Source: Clostridia bacterium
Lineage (GTDB): Bacteria > Bacillota > Clostridia > Christensenellales > QALW01
DNA length: 64,000 bases
Reading direction: 5' to 3'
Assembly: GCA_045601365.1 (NCBI GenBank)
Contig: JAZRZN010000034.1
Location: 29,888-93,887, forward strand
In this document: positions 44,566-55,518 of the stretch, in pieces
Position numbering within the stretch: the stretch's first letter is position 1
How the letters are laid out: every line of letters starts with the position of its first letter
Notes under the pieces: generated by a model
What the model was told of the DNA's origin: nothing
What the model saw: only the letters and a program-made list of their open reading frames with translations
The model's database searches: none
Position numbers and translations under genes: made by a program

Positions 44566-46656
44566 TTATCTTACCCCGAACAACAGCTCACCTATCGACG
44601 GATAAGGCCAATCTTCTGACGAAACCATCATTTCAAGCTCATCGACATCGTTTCTGAGTGATGCCATCAACGCAAGCACCTCATCCTTTAAGAAAAACGC
44701 TCTTTGCTGATTATCCGTTATCTGCTTCATTTTTTCAACAGATGTCTTAAGCGCCTCAAGAGTTTTGTATGCGCTGAAAATAAGCTCGGATATCTTTGTT
44801 ACCGTTTTCTCTTCATATGTGCAGTCAATAAGCGATGAAAGCTGTTTCTTGAGGATTGCCGTCTCAGCAATCTTTTTGGAATACTCGCTTACCGCAGGCA
44901 GGATATCCTTGCTTGCCATATTTATCATCGTCCGCGCTTCGATGTTGATAAGCTTGTTGTAATTATCAAGCAGTATCTCGTATCTTGATTCCATCTCCTC
45001 GCGCGTGTATACATTATGCCTGTTAAAAAGCTCTACGTTCTTTTCGTCAAGGAAATGCGGAAGTGCATCGGGCGTTGTGGGCAGATTCGAAAGTCCGCGT
45101 TTTTCCGCCTCTGCTACCCATGCATCGTCATAGCCGTTGCCGTTGAAGATTATCCGTTTATGCTCTCTTATCGTGTCACGGATCAACTCGTTAAGCTCAT
45201 TTTCAAAGCTTTGTGCATTCTCAAGCCTATCGGCGAACTGTCTCAGACTTTCCGCTACGGCAGTGTTGATAACAACGTTTGCCTCCGACACCGACGCGCT
45301 TGAGCCAAGCATACGAAATTCGAATTTATTCCCCGTGAACGCAAACGGGCTCGTCCTGTTGCGATCCGTGGTGTCACGCGGGAATCGCGGCAGGATATGA
45401 ACACCTATCTTGAGCTGTTCTTTTTCCTTCGCATCATATGTAGTGCCGTTCTCAATGGCTTCAAGTATCGTATTAAGCTCTTCGCCCAGGAACATCGAAA
45501 CTATTGCCGGCGGTGCTTCGTTCGCGCCGAGACGGTGATCGTTGCCCGCGCTCGCGACCGAAATGCGCAACAGATCCTGATAATCGTCTACTGCCTTTAT
45601 AACGGCACACAGGAACAGCAAAAACTGTGCATTCTGGTACGGAGTATTTCCCGGATCAAGCAGATTCACGCCGGTATCCGTCGATATCGACCAGTTGTTG
45701 TGTTTGCCGCTTCCGTTCACACCTTCAAACGGCTTTTCGTGAAGCAAGCAAACCATATCATGATCACGGGCTGTTTTTTGCATAAGCTCCATCGTAAGCT
45801 GATTGTGATCAGCTGCGATATTTGCAGTTGTATATATAGGCGCAAGCTCATGCTGTGCGGGAGCGGCCTCGTTATGCTCGGTCTTTGCAAGCACACCGAG
45901 CTTCCACAGCTCCTTGTCAAGATCCTTCATGAACGCATGCACCTTTGGCTTTATCGAGCCGAAATAGTGGTCATCAAGCTCCTGCCCCTTAGATGGCATC
46001 GCGCCGAACAGAGTACGACCCGTATAAATAAGGTCTTTACGCTTGTCGAACAGCTCACGCGGTATGAGAAAATACTCCTGTTCGGGTCCTACTGTTGTGT
46101 TGATGCTTGTTGCATCACTGCCGAAAAGCTTCAGCACGCGCATCGCCTGCTTGTTTATCGCTTCCATTGAGCGCAAAAGAGGTGTCTTTTTGTCAAGTGC
46201 CTGTCCGCCGTAAGAGCAGAATGCCGTCGGGATGCACAATACACCGTCCTTTATGAATGCATAGCTTGTCGGGTCCCACGCCGTGTAGCCGCGTGCCTCA
46301 AACGTTGCGCGCAGACCGCCGTTCGGGAAGCTCGATGCATCAGGCTCGCCCTGGATAAGCTCCTTGCCCGAAAACTCCATTATCACCTTGCCGTCACCGC
46401 ACGGTGAAATAAAGCTGTCGTGCTTTTCCGCAGTGATACCCGTCATTGGCTGAAACCAGTGTGTGAAATGCGTCGCACCCTTCTCCATCGCCCAATCGCG
46501 CATCGCGGATGCCACCACATTTGCAAGGCTTATATCAAGATGATGACCGTGCTTGACAGTCCATTGAAGTCCCTTGTACGTCTCCTTTGGCAAGCGCTGT
46601 CGCATTACCTCTTCGGTAAACACGTTAGATGCGAAAAGCTCGGTCACGTCAGACAT
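44566..46656 (-). CDS. glnN: type III glutamine synthetase
   Basis: ~696 aa, colinear with GlnN-type GS (…[10 protein letters not shown]…, …[10 protein letters not shown]…, …[11 protein letters not shown]…). The second ATG (46656) has correct AGGAG spacing. Confidence 0.9.
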   Translation of the reverse strand: MSDVTELFASNVFTEEVMRQRLPKETYKGLQWTVKHGHHLDISLANVVASAMRDWAMEKGATHFTHWFQPMTGITAEKHDSFISPCGDGKVIMEFSGKELIQGEPDASSFPNGGLRATFEARGYTAWDPTSYAFIKDGVLCIPTAFCSYGGQALDKKTPLLRSMEAINKQAMRVLKLFGSDATSINTTVGPEQEYFLIPRELFDKRKDLIYTGRTLFGAMPSKGQELDDHYFGSIKPKVHAFMKDLDKELWKLGVLAKTEHNEAAPAQHELAPIYTTANIAADHNQLTMELMQKTARDHDMVCLLHEKPFEGVNGSGKHNNWSISTDTGVNLLDPGNTPYQNAQFLLFLCAVIKAVDDYQDLLRISVASAGNDHRLGANEAPPAIVSMFLGEELNTILEAIENGTTYDAKEKEQLKIGVHILPRFPRDTTDRNRTSPFAFTGNKFEFRMLGSSASVSEANVVINTAVAESLRQFADRLENAQSFENELNELIRDTIREHKRIIFNGNGYDDAWVAEAEKRGLSNLPTTPDALPHFLDEKNVELFNRHNVYTREEMESRYEILLDNYNKLINIEARTMINMASKDILPAVSEYSKKIAETAILKKQLSSLIDCTYEEKTVTKISELIFSAYKTLEALKTSVEKMKQITDNQQRAFFLKDEVLALMASLRNDVDELEMMVSSEDWPYPSIGELLFGVR

Positions 46657-46689
46657 ATGCATTACTCCTTTGTAATATTATATTATTAA

Positions 46690-46719
46690 ATTATAAAGTC
46701 GATACTTGCCTTTTGTCAA
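46690..46719 (-). promoter_or_regulatory. consensus sigma-A promoter of glnN, -35 overlapping the upstream nuclease stop codon
   Basis: Minus strand: TTGACA (46719-46714), 18 nt, TATAAT (46695-46690). The stop codon of the 436-aa gene is 46716-46718. Confidence 0.6.
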
Positions 46720-48026
46720 CTGTTTTTTCGAGACTGTTCGCCACGGCTGAGAATACAAATCAGATCTGCAAGCCAAGCGTCGCAGGGCTCATCTATAGGT
46801 GCAATATCCGTTCGTCTTTGTGCAAATGACTCAACAACAGCATTCAGCCATTCATGTGCAAGGCTGTTTTTTTGAATGTCATTTAAGCCATGAGCTTCAA
46901 AGTCGATCCACTCAGAAAACGACAACAAATAGATATCCGTTTCGGTTTCATCCTCAATTTCCGCGATCCGTTCTTTGATATCTTTTCTTAAATCAACATT
47001 ACCGTCACAAACAAAACCTGCTACCTTAACATCCGGATGCGTTATCAGCTTTTCTCTGAGTTCTTCAAGTTCATCACGCAAATACGGCTTTCCGTACTTT
47101 GCATCCCAAGCTTTGAAGATGATCCCGTTTTCTGCCAATTCGATATCACCTACGTTTCCGTGCTTCTTATTGGCTGATCGCATTTGTGAGATCGGAATCA
47201 CATCCGCATCCTCTAAAAGTCCTTCTTTATTCATTGCTTGGTAGAACCCATGCATTGTAACCTCAAAGGCTCTTGCCGAGTAACCGGTCTCATTAAAAAA
47301 GCAAGTCAATATGCTTTTTATTTCATCGAATGTTTCCGAAGTGTGGCTGTAAGCCAGTTGACAGGCCTGTGTTGCCAATGCCCGGAATTTTTCCGAGCGG
47401 TTCTTTAACAGAACCATAAGATAGCAAAGACCGGGTTCAGGTTCCATCGTATTATTCTCTATTGCATCAACAATAGCTATCCACTGACTGAACGGGCCAC
47501 GCATTTCAGCCTTATACAGCATCGAATACGGATAATTTTCAGCTAATGATCTCGTCATAAACACACCGTCACGATTGATGCTCAGTAAACCGTATCGACG
47601 TAAAAACGGAGTATTATAATTACGGTCCAAGCTACGCATGGATATCCCATCGACCCATGAAAATTTTCCCTGTGTCGTACTGCCTTTATGAAGTCGAATG
47701 CTTTGAGCAGGGGTAATACTCTTTATTGCCAACTGCAAGCAAGTCAGCCCCGCCAATGCCCTGCCGACTTCGCTTGTAATACCGTCAACCATATTTCGCA
47801 ACAAGGCTCTGTTAGTCTCCGACAAACTTGAAAAATCATAGTCCGAAAGAGAATCATACTTTGTGTCCAAATAACCATTTGAAAGCGTCCTTGTTAAAAT
47901 ACTGTAACGGTCTTGGGCATCTTTATCTTGGAAGCCTTGATAAAACACTGTTGTTTTCCCGTCTTGATTAAGTTCGTAACGGTTTTCATATACATCTAAA
48001 TGCTTTTCCGTTCTATATTCGGTCAT
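46716..48026 (-). CDS. putative type II restriction endonuclease (PD-(D/E)xK-like), family not recognised
   Basis: 436 aa. Starts 12 nt downstream of the m5C methyltransferase gene with its own AAGGAG RBS. Candidate catalytic motif GNVGD294IE...(13 aa)...WD308AK310. Low GC. Confidence 0.55.
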   Translation of the reverse strand: MTEYRTEKHLDVYENRYELNQDGKTTVFYQGFQDKDAQDRYSILTRTLSNGYLDTKYDSLSDYDFSSLSETNRALLRNMVDGITSEVGRALAGLTCLQLAIKSITPAQSIRLHKGSTTQGKFSWVDGISMRSLDRNYNTPFLRRYGLLSINRDGVFMTRSLAENYPYSMLYKAEMRGPFSQWIAIVDAIENNTMEPEPGLCYLMVLLKNRSEKFRALATQACQLAYSHTSETFDEIKSILTCFFNETGYSARAFEVTMHGFYQAMNKEGLLEDADVIPISQMRSANKKHGNVGDIELAENGIIFKAWDAKYGKPYLRDELEELREKLITHPDVKVAGFVCDGNVDLRKDIKERIAEIEDETETDIYLLSFSEWIDFEAHGLNDIQKNSLAHEWLNAVVESFAQRRTDIAPIDEPCDAWLADLICILSRGEQSRKNS

Positions 48027-48038
48027 AAAATTACTCCT

Positions 48039-49997
48039 TCATCTTAATTTTTTCCATAGCTGTACACTGAGATTAGTGAGCGTAGGAAACGCGTACGGAA
48101 TAAGCCAATAGCCCTCTTCGATCTGAGGATTCGTCAAATTATTCCTTATCTCATACCCGATCTCTTTCAGATATTCGGCAACAGTAATTATTTCTTGAGG
48201 ACAAACATTCCAGCTTTCCGCAAGAGTTTGCTCGTTAACGATTTCTCCGACATGCTTGCCTTCGACTACATCCTTGAGGATACTTCCGTACATATAATCC
48301 GAAGCAAATGTTGCCGAGCAAATCAATTTCGGATGTGTTTGATAGTACCCGTTAAGCTGAACGAGATCTGCTTTTATAGAATTGTCTGTCAGTTCCTTTT
48401 CAAACGCTTTCCATGCAGCAGTGTAGGCAAGCTTTTCCTTTGAATAAATCTTAAGTTCAACAATGTCAACACCCAATCTTTTGTTTTGCACACTTATCGC
48501 AACTTCAACAGTAGCAAATGCCGTTTTTTTTCTGCAATGAGAATCATACACACAAATAGAAAGTACTTTCCCCCAAAAAACCTTAACATAGTATAGCGCC
48601 GCTTCTCTGTCAACTATCTTAAACTTAAAACTTTCATCAATGTGACAAAAGTATTCTCCGGAAACAGGACGCACCGTTTCTTGCGTTTTAAGTGATTCAA
48701 TAGCCATGCGAGCTTTATTTCGATATATCTCGGTAAGATTTCTTTTGTTCTTCCTGAAAGAAAGCTTATCTCCGGCTTCAAGAAGAGATAAAACAAACGG
48801 AAAACGCGTGCCGAACACTTGGTTTCTGATGGCTATTGCCATAATACGTGCGAACTGCGGAGGAACTGAATTTCCGATTTGCTTCACTGCGATTTGCTTT
48901 ATTCCGCTGATTTGATAGTCATCCGGGAATGTTTGCAGTCTTTTGTACTCTTCGCAGGTGAAAAATCTGTTTTCCCAATGCAACGGGCCTGTATAGGCAC
49001 CGCCGGAAGCCTTTATCGTCCTTACCGGGGTGTTAGGATCGGCTTTATACAGAAAATCCGAAAACTTTGACCGCCACGCAAAAATCGGTTTAGGATGCCC
49101 CATCTCTTCGGTATAAAAGCTGTAATTGAGTCCGGGTGGGATATCATTCAAAAGATATCCGTATTTTCCGCCGACACGATTGGCTTCCGCTGTTTCAGTG
49201 ACTTTAACGCCTTCGATCGCAGTTCCGGCACTGTAAAAAGGATTATTGTCAATAGAATCATATCCGTGCGTCGGACGCGGAAATTTGAATTCGCCTTCCT
49301 TAAGTCCAACTATTATGAGTCTCTCTCGGTGTTGAGGAACACCGTAATCAGCCGAATCTAATATACGGAAAAACAGTTGATATCCGACTTCGGAAAATGA
49401 TTTCAGTATTTCGTTCCATGCTTCGCCATCCTGAGCCCCTACTATTCCGTATACATTTTCAAATAAGAACCCTTTAGGCGACAGCTCCTTCAAAAGCCTG
49501 ACATATTCTCTGAACAAAACCCCTCTCGCATCTGTTGTTCCGGCAACGCCGTTAGCGCGCCTTCCGGCTGCACTGAAAGTCTGGCAAGGCGGACCGCCGA
49601 TAATAAAGTCTATTTTCTCAAGACCCTCACATGTAAATCTACGGATATCAATACAATTTACTTTTGAATGCTCAAAACGCTTTCCTTTTCCGGAGTTCAG
49701 CTCTAATGTTTTACAAAACTTTTCTTCTATTTCAACTGAACTTACGATATCGAAGCCTATATCGGAAAAGCCTATGTCAAGACCGCCCGCTCCGGAAAAA
49801 AGGCTAAGTGTCCGAATTTTCGGAATATCGTTTTCAATCAGCCATTTTTTCATTGCTTCGCCGAAGCTGTCAGGCCACGCCGGAGCATTATCTTCACAAC
49901 CGATACTTTTGCATATAGCACCAAATGTTTTTTCTCTGTCAAAAATACCAAATTCTGTTCTTTCATTCATTTTTCTTTCACCGAGTGACATAATCAT
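48039..49997 (-). CDS. DNA (cytosine-5)-methyltransferase with extra N- and C-terminal regions
   Basis: Motif I LSLFSGAGGLDIGF, IV GGPPCQTFS, VI FLFENVYG, VIII QHRERLIIVG, X IGNSVPP. ~62 aa precede motif I and 257 aa of unknown function follow motif X. Confidence 0.92.
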   Translation of the reverse strand: MIMSLGERKMNERTEFGIFDREKTFGAICKSIGCEDNAPAWPDSFGEAMKKWLIENDIPKIRTLSLFSGAGGLDIGFSDIGFDIVSSVEIEEKFCKTLELNSGKGKRFEHSKVNCIDIRRFTCEGLEKIDFIIGGPPCQTFSAAGRRANGVAGTTDARGVLFREYVRLLKELSPKGFLFENVYGIVGAQDGEAWNEILKSFSEVGYQLFFRILDSADYGVPQHRERLIIVGLKEGEFKFPRPTHGYDSIDNNPFYSAGTAIEGVKVTETAEANRVGGKYGYLLNDIPPGLNYSFYTEEMGHPKPIFAWRSKFSDFLYKADPNTPVRTIKASGGAYTGPLHWENRFFTCEEYKRLQTFPDDYQISGIKQIAVKQIGNSVPPQFARIMAIAIRNQVFGTRFPFVLSLLEAGDKLSFRKNKRNLTEIYRNKARMAIESLKTQETVRPVSGEYFCHIDESFKFKIVDREAALYYVKVFWGKVLSICVYDSHCRKKTAFATVEVAISVQNKRLGVDIVELKIYSKEKLAYTAAWKAFEKELTDNSIKADLVQLNGYYQTHPKLICSATFASDYMYGSILKDVVEGKHVGEIVNEQTLAESWNVCPQEIITVAEYLKEIGYEIRNNLTNPQIEEGYWLIPYAFPTLTNLSVQLWKKLR

Positions 49998-50020
49998 TCA
50001 TTTTCTATAACTAAAATATG

Positions 50021-50049
50021 ATTATAAGAGTTTTGGAATATGCACGCAA
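50021..50049 (-). promoter_or_regulatory. sigma-A promoter of the methyltransferase-nuclease operon
   Basis: Minus strand: TTGCGT (50049-50044), 17 nt, TATAAT (50026-50021). Confidence 0.6.
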
Positions 50050-50076
50050 AAGGCTTTTCATGCCGTTTGGCAGTCC

Positions 50077-50116
50077 AAAAAGCATCTGCAAAACGGATTT
50101 TTCCTTTAGCAGATGC
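50077..50116 (-). terminator. rho-independent terminator after the TPR gene
   Basis: GCATCTGC/GCAGATGC stem (50082-50089 / 50109-50116), followed on the minus strand by T5 (50077-50081). Confidence 0.7.
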
Positions 50117-50143
50117 CTGAATTTTATTTTTTCCGATGCGCTG

Positions 50144-50917
50144 TCACATCATGCTGAGCTGATTGCGCGAATATTCGGCAATTTTGGAATCTCCGCCCAT
50201 ATCGGCGCAGAAGCCGTAATATTCCTTTGCTTTTTCGTAATTTCCGTCATGCTGGTAGATGCGCGCGAGCAGGTACATGCAGTGCATTTCCTGCGCTTTG
50301 CTCCGCCACTTTTTACCTTTGAGAAAATCCTCTGCGCCGTCATATATCCCTTTGTTGACGTTCAGTATGCATGTAAGCATCATATAATTATCTTTCGCAT
50401 TCTCCTTGCCTTTTTTGATGTTCTCAAGCTCAGATTTTGCAAAGGCGGCATATCTGTCCGCATCGGCGTAATTGCCGATATAGCTTTCGCAGACCGCCAT
50501 ATTATGATATCTTACAAAACGCCACTGCGCCAACTGTTTTCTGTCGCTCAGTTTAACATCGTTCAATATATCCAGCGCGGTTTGATATTCGCCTTTTTCG
50601 CATTTTGCCGCGGCATAATTCAGCGAAAGAAATGCTTTTGCGTTTTTGGAAAGCTTCTGTGCCATCAGCTTTTCAAGCTCCGCGATATACTCATTGAGCC
50701 GGCAATTATTGAAAAGCTCAAGGAGCTTATTGAGGCGCGTCGCCGTTTTAATGCGTACAATGCACAGTATCAAAAGAAAAACAAACCAAATCAGCAACAG
50801 ATTTTGAAACAGCCCCAACAGAGTTATACTTGCATAAGCGCTGTACAACATAAGCAGATCACACACAACTACCGTTACCCACAAAACGATGCGCAGATCC
50901 TTGTATATCCGATTCAT
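50144..50917 (-). CDS. membrane-anchored TPR-repeat protein
   Basis: Two N-terminal TM helices followed by TPR-like repeats (YQTALDILNDV, MYLLARIYQHDGNYEKAKEYYGFC). Confidence 0.6.
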   Translation of the reverse strand: MNRIYKDLRIVLWVTVVVCDLLMLYSAYASITLLGLFQNLLLIWFVFLLILCIVRIKTATRLNKLLELFNNCRLNEYIAELEKLMAQKLSKNAKAFLSLNYAAAKCEKGEYQTALDILNDVKLSDRKQLAQWRFVRYHNMAVCESYIGNYADADRYAAFAKSELENIKKGKENAKDNYMMLTCILNVNKGIYDGAEDFLKGKKWRSKAQEMHCMYLLARIYQHDGNYEKAKEYYGFCADMGGDSKIAEYSRNQLSMM

Positions 50918-50954
50918 AATATTTCATCCTCATAATTCTGTTGCCGATACGATA

Positions 50955-52079
50955 TTATTCTTTTTCGGAAGCGTCGGTCACCTTTTCATGTGCATGATGG
51001 TGACGCGCTCTTCTCTCTTGTCTGATCTGCTTTCTGATTTTTGCATCAATATACAGGCTCCTGATAAGTGCTGTCAATGACGTTATAACAATGCATAACG
51101 CATATGTTATCAAACCGATATATATCGATATCTCGACCAACAGCGGTTTTGATATTTTGCTTATTACGACGAGCAGCAGAAATGCCATCGGCTGGCAGAT
51201 ATAATACAGCAGTGCCGTATTCCAGCGGCTGAAAAGGAGCCTGCTCTCAAATACGCTGAAGCTGCTTCTGTCCTTAACTGTTATTACGCAAAGCATGAAT
51301 GCGGCGATACTGAGCCATATCACATGCCCGTAATAGCCGGGAATGTCAAACAGCGACAGCAATGACATCTCAATGTAAGCGAATACCATACTTATGGCAA
51401 GTGCTATCCAATAAAACAGGCGCGGGATACTGTCAAAGAAATCCATGTGTTTGCTCAAAAATCCACCGAGAAGCAAGTACGGCAATGCTCTTGTCAGAAA
51501 ATTGCCCGGAATATGATCGTACCCAAGAAACGTGAACTTCACTATTCCCGTAAGTTCACCTGTAGCAACTGTAAAGATAATGAGCAATATAAAAAATATC
51601 CAATCATATCGCAACAGTTTGAGCTTGTCCATAAAATATATTATTATGTACGCATACAGCATCGACTGTACGAACCAGATGGATGTGCCTATCTTCAGAT
51701 CCCATACGTTCATAACGATAAAATCGAACCAAAAACGCTTTGATTTGAGTGCGTCGAACACATTGGAACCGTTAATTCTGTAATATACAAGGTTCATAAC
51801 GAAATATGCTGCCGCAAGCGCCGCAAAGACGATAGCCGTTCGTTTTATCGTCCTCAGTATACGCTGTGAACGCTGTTCGCTTCTGCGAAGCACAAGGAAA
51901 CCGGACAGAATGAAATAGGCTACCGGCACAAAACCGCACATTTTCTGTACGGCATCACCATATCTCGACGGAAAGCCCAACAACAGGATAAACATAAACG
52001 GCATAAGCAGGAATCGGAGCCTGTCGATCGACGGTTGACTATACTTTTTGACATCGGCATTTTTGCTTATCTCGCTCAT
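50955..52079 (-). CDS. acyltransferase family 3 (OafA/YrhL-like) membrane protein
   Basis: ~10 TM segments with RLRFLLMPFMFILL...FILSGFLV at the N-terminus, typical of acyltransferase_3. His-rich C-terminal tail. Confidence 0.7.
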   Translation of the reverse strand: MSEISKNADVKKYSQPSIDRLRFLLMPFMFILLLGFPSRYGDAVQKMCGFVPVAYFILSGFLVLRRSEQRSQRILRTIKRTAIVFAALAAAYFVMNLVYYRINGSNVFDALKSKRFWFDFIVMNVWDLKIGTSIWFVQSMLYAYIIIYFMDKLKLLRYDWIFFILLIIFTVATGELTGIVKFTFLGYDHIPGNFLTRALPYLLLGGFLSKHMDFFDSIPRLFYWIALAISMVFAYIEMSLLSLFDIPGYYGHVIWLSIAAFMLCVITVKDRSSFSVFESRLLFSRWNTALLYYICQPMAFLLLVVISKISKPLLVEISIYIGLITYALCIVITSLTALIRSLYIDAKIRKQIRQERRARHHHAHEKVTDASEKE

Positions 52080-52178
52080 TTTTGATCACCTCAATATTTT
52101 GACTGTTTTATAGTCATTTTTTACAAAAATAATGCCTTCTGCAGAATTATATCATATATGCACAAAAGAAACAAGCAG

Positions 52179-53117
52179 TTATTCTGTTTCGATATCATAA
52201 TCGGTCAGTATCTTACATCCGATATTATACAAAAGTCCAAGTGCGCCCTGTTTCAATCCGAGCGACATTTGATTTGCTTTTACAGGTCTGCCGCCGTTGC
52301 TTTTACGGGTATTGGGCCACGATCCGTTTTGCAAAAGGATGTTATTACATTCAAAGGTGAACACTCCTCCGCGCTCAACAAAGCCGTTTTCAATAAGCCC
52401 GCGCATCACACCGTCGATATCAAGTGTCCCCATATAAGGCGCGATATGGTCATCGTGATAGCCGAGATTATCCTGTATATGCACCGCCTTGAGCTTGTCG
52501 CCGAGCGCAACGATATCCTCGTATTGGTCGATCGGCTCAATGTTTGCGTGTCCTGTGTCCCAGCACGCGCCGAGCTTTTCATGTCCGCAAAATTCGATGA
52601 AATCCACCATTTCACTGCCGCGCAGGAAGAAATAATATTCGCCCATGTTCGCCTTGGTGCTGTTTTCGATAAGCACGTTTACATCGTATTTTTCCATCGC
52701 GGGATACAAACGCTCATAAAAGCGTCTGTTTATTTCAAAATACTCTTTTTGGCTTTGCGGATAGAAATAATCGCGCGAAAAGCCCGAATGCAATACCGTG
52801 TTCTTTATTCCCAAATATCCGCAAGCCTCTATCGTGCGGAGATTCATAAGCACCACCTGCTCATAATCCTCATCGGAGCTTAAAAAATTATTTCCCGGTG
52901 AGTGCGCCTGAACGAAATCGAAGCCGAGCCTGTCCGCCGTCTCCTTGGCTTCCTTCACTCTGTCGAACCAATCGTCGCCGAGCAGGGCAGAGCCGGCGGT
53001 ATAAAACGAATAGTCGAGATGTTTAAAGCCCGTATTCTCAAAAGCCTTTACTGCTTCGGCAGCGGAAACACAATATTTCGAAAAATCTGCCGTAGTTGTT
53101 GCTATACGCATGTTCAT
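52179..53117 (-). CDS. sugar phosphate isomerase/epimerase (xylose isomerase-like TIM barrel)
   Basis: FDFVQAHSP, NTVLHSG, VLIENS and WDTGHAN strand-end motifs of the AP endonuclease 2/xylose isomerase-like fold. Confidence 0.75.
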   Translation of the reverse strand: MNMRIATTTADFSKYCVSAAEAVKAFENTGFKHLDYSFYTAGSALLGDDWFDRVKEAKETADRLGFDFVQAHSPGNNFLSSDEDYEQVVLMNLRTIEACGYLGIKNTVLHSGFSRDYFYPQSQKEYFEINRRFYERLYPAMEKYDVNVLIENSTKANMGEYYFFLRGSEMVDFIEFCGHEKLGACWDTGHANIEPIDQYEDIVALGDKLKAVHIQDNLGYHDDHIAPYMGTLDIDGVMRGLIENGFVERGGVFTFECNNILLQNGSWPNTRKSNGGRPVKANQMSLGLKQGALGLLYNIGCKILTDYDIETE

Positions 53118-53180
53118 GTCTCCTTAATTACAGATACACAGCACGACAATTCGCACCGTGTATCTTGTATTAAAATATTA

Positions 53181-54290
53181 TTAAATTACAGCATTTTTGC
53201 CGACAACGACCGGGTAATTATCCTGTCCCATCAGCATTTTGTTCTTTCTTATTATTACCGATTTATCAAGTATCGCATGGTCGAGCCGCACGCCCGTCTG
53301 TATGAGCGCATTCTGCATGATGATGCAGTTCTTGACGCTGACGCCCTCTTCTATCTGCACGCCACGGAAAATTATACTGTTTTCGACCGTACCGTTGATG
53401 ATGCATCCGTCGGCAACCATTGAATTTTTTATATCCGCCTTATCGCCGTAGATCGTCGGTACCTGATCCTTTACTTTTGTGTATATCGCGTCGCTTGAAT
53501 CAAACAGCGCCGCGCTCAGCTCGGGCTTCAGCATATCCATATTGCACTTGAAATAAGATGCGATATTGTACACTCTGCCGACATAGCCCTTGTATTCATA
53601 GCCGAATATTTTCAGGCGATCCTTTTCATGCAGAAGCACATCCTTTGCGAAATCGTGAAGTCCGCGTGAAAGACAGCGGCTGATATGGTATTCGAGCAGC
53701 TCGCGCTCCATAAAATAGATACCCATTGATATCTGTGAGGAGAACGGGCGTGTCGGATTCACCTCTATATCCGTTACCCTGCCGTCAGCATCGGTCTTTA
53801 TGCCCACATGATGCGTAAGTTCAGTGCAATCAGGCATTGTATGATACATGACCGTTATATCCGAGCCGGACTTGATATGATAATCATGAAGCTCATCAAA
53901 GGTCGTATTGAGCATCATATCACTGCTTGCAATAAGCACATACCTGCGATTCGATGCCGTAATATAGTCAAGTATGCTGTTAAGCACATCAAGGTCGCCC
54001 TGCTCATCCCCGCCGTTACCGTCGTTGGGAGGAAGTACCACAAGACCGTGACGCTTACGGTTAAGATCCCATGCCGCGCCTGAACCGAGATGATCCATAA
54101 GAGAACGGTAATGCGACTGTGTCGGTATACCGACACGCTCTATTCCGGAATTGACCATATTTGAAAGCATAAAGTCAACGAGCCTGTAACGCGAAGCGAC
54201 CGGAACAGCGCCGACAGGACGGCAGCTCGTTATTTCGCCCAGTTCAAGTCCGCTGTTGCCCGCCATTATAATGCCGAGTGTATCATTCAT
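53181..54290 (-). CDS. glgD: glucose-1-phosphate adenylyltransferase subunit GlgD
   Basis: [45 protein letters not shown] (the non-catalytic GlgD variant). Overlaps the glgC stop. Confidence 0.88.
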   Translation of the reverse strand: MNDTLGIIMAGNSGLELGEITSCRPVGAVPVASRYRLVDFMLSNMVNSGIERVGIPTQSHYRSLMDHLGSGAAWDLNRKRHGLVVLPPNDGNGGDEQGDLDVLNSILDYITASNRRYVLIASSDMMLNTTFDELHDYHIKSGSDITVMYHTMPDCTELTHHVGIKTDADGRVTDIEVNPTRPFSSQISMGIYFMERELLEYHISRCLSRGLHDFAKDVLLHEKDRLKIFGYEYKGYVGRVYNIASYFKCNMDMLKPELSAALFDSSDAIYTKVKDQVPTIYGDKADIKNSMVADGCIINGTVENSIIFRGVQIEEGVSVKNCIIMQNALIQTGVRLDHAILDKSVIIRKNKMLMGQDNYPVVVGKNAVI

Positions 54291-55518
54291 CGCTTCCGCC
54301 TCCCAAAATATCCTGTTCTATCATCATTTCTCTGCCCACGCGGATGCCTGCGCCTATCTTTACCTTGTCGCCGATAAGCGTTATACCGTGCGTACACATT
54401 TTATCCTTTACCCACGGTATGTTCGGGTCATCGCTGCCGACGACGGCATTCTCTCCTATGACGCAGTTGTTCGATACTACCGAGTGGTCTATCACCGCAC
54501 CTTTTTTAACTACCGAATACGGCATCACGATGGAATCGGTGACGGTCGCGCCCTCCTCGACCACCGCGCCCGAAAACAGCACGCTGTGTTCCACCGTACC
54601 GTATATCTTACAGCCCTCGGCTACGCATGAATTCTTGATTTTTGCCCCTGCGGAAACATAATGACCGGGAAGCCCCGCGTTGCGTGACGATATCCGCCAA
54701 TGTTCGTCATAAAGGTTTAACAATGGCGCTGTGCCGAGCAGATCCATATTCGCTTCCCACAGGCTGTACACCGTGCCGACATCTTTCCAATATCCGTCGA
54801 AGGCGTAGGCATACATTTTGCGTCCGTCGGCAAGCATTTTCGGGATGACGTCTTTACCGAAATCCTTGCTTGAATCTGGATTTTCCTCATCCTCGATAAG
54901 ATACTTTTTCATCACGTTCCATGAAAATATATATACACCCATGCTCGCAAGAGTGCTTTTGGGCTTTTCGGGTTTTTCGGCAAAATCGTATATCCTGCCG
55001 TCCTCATCGGCGCTCATGATACCGTAGCGGCTTGCTTCTTCCAAAGGAACATTGAATACCGCTATCGTAATGTCTGCATTTTTCGCCTTGTGCGCATTTA
55101 GCATGCGTCTGTAATCCATCTTATATATGTGGTCGCCGGAAAGCACAAGCACATTTTCGGGATTGAATTGCTCAATGAACGGAATGTTCTGATAGATCGC
55201 GTTCGCCGTGCCCTTATACCACTCGCCCGTCTTGCCCTTTACATACGGCGGAAGCACATATGCACCGCCGCGCAGTCTGTCCATATCCCACGGCTGACCG
55301 CTCCCGATATATGTATTCAGTTCAAGCGGTCTGTACTGCGTAAGCACACCCACTGTATATATTCCGGAATTTGCGCAGTTACTCAGCGGAAAATCTATTA
55401 TCCTGTACTTTCCGCCAAACGGCACTGCCGGTTTTGCTATTTCTTTTGTAAGTGCCCCTAATCTGCTTCCCTGCCCGCCGGCAAGCAGCATTGCAAGGCA
55501 TTCCATGCTATACATCAT
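54283..55518 (-). CDS. glgC: glucose-1-phosphate adenylyltransferase
   Basis: [43 protein letters not shown] and a C-terminal left-handed beta-helix. Confidence 0.92.
   Translation of the reverse strand: MMYSMECLAMLLAGGQGSRLGALTKEIAKPAVPFGGKYRIIDFPLSNCANSGIYTVGVLTQYRPLELNTYIGSGQPWDMDRLRGGAYVLPPYVKGKTGEWYKGTANAIYQNIPFIEQFNPENVLVLSGDHIYKMDYRRMLNAHKAKNADITIAVFNVPLEEASRYGIMSADEDGRIYDFAEKPEKPKSTLASMGVYIFSWNVMKKYLIEDEENPDSSKDFGKDVIPKMLADGRKMYAYAFDGYWKDVGTVYSLWEANMDLLGTAPLLNLYDEHWRISSRNAGLPGHYVSAGAKIKNSCVAEGCKIYGTVEHSVLFSGAVVEEGATVTDSIVMPYSVVKKGAVIDHSVVSNNCVIGENAVVGSDDPNIPWVKDKMCTHGITLIGDKVKIGAGIRVGREMMIEQDILGGGSDE

Noticed and set aside
44406-44657. 83-aa plus-strand ORF (…FFKKRAGFGAEPPGKGSRGRSHRAG…).
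   Set aside because: It is a translation of the terminator and GC-rich hairpin module and then runs antisense into glnN. It has no RBS.
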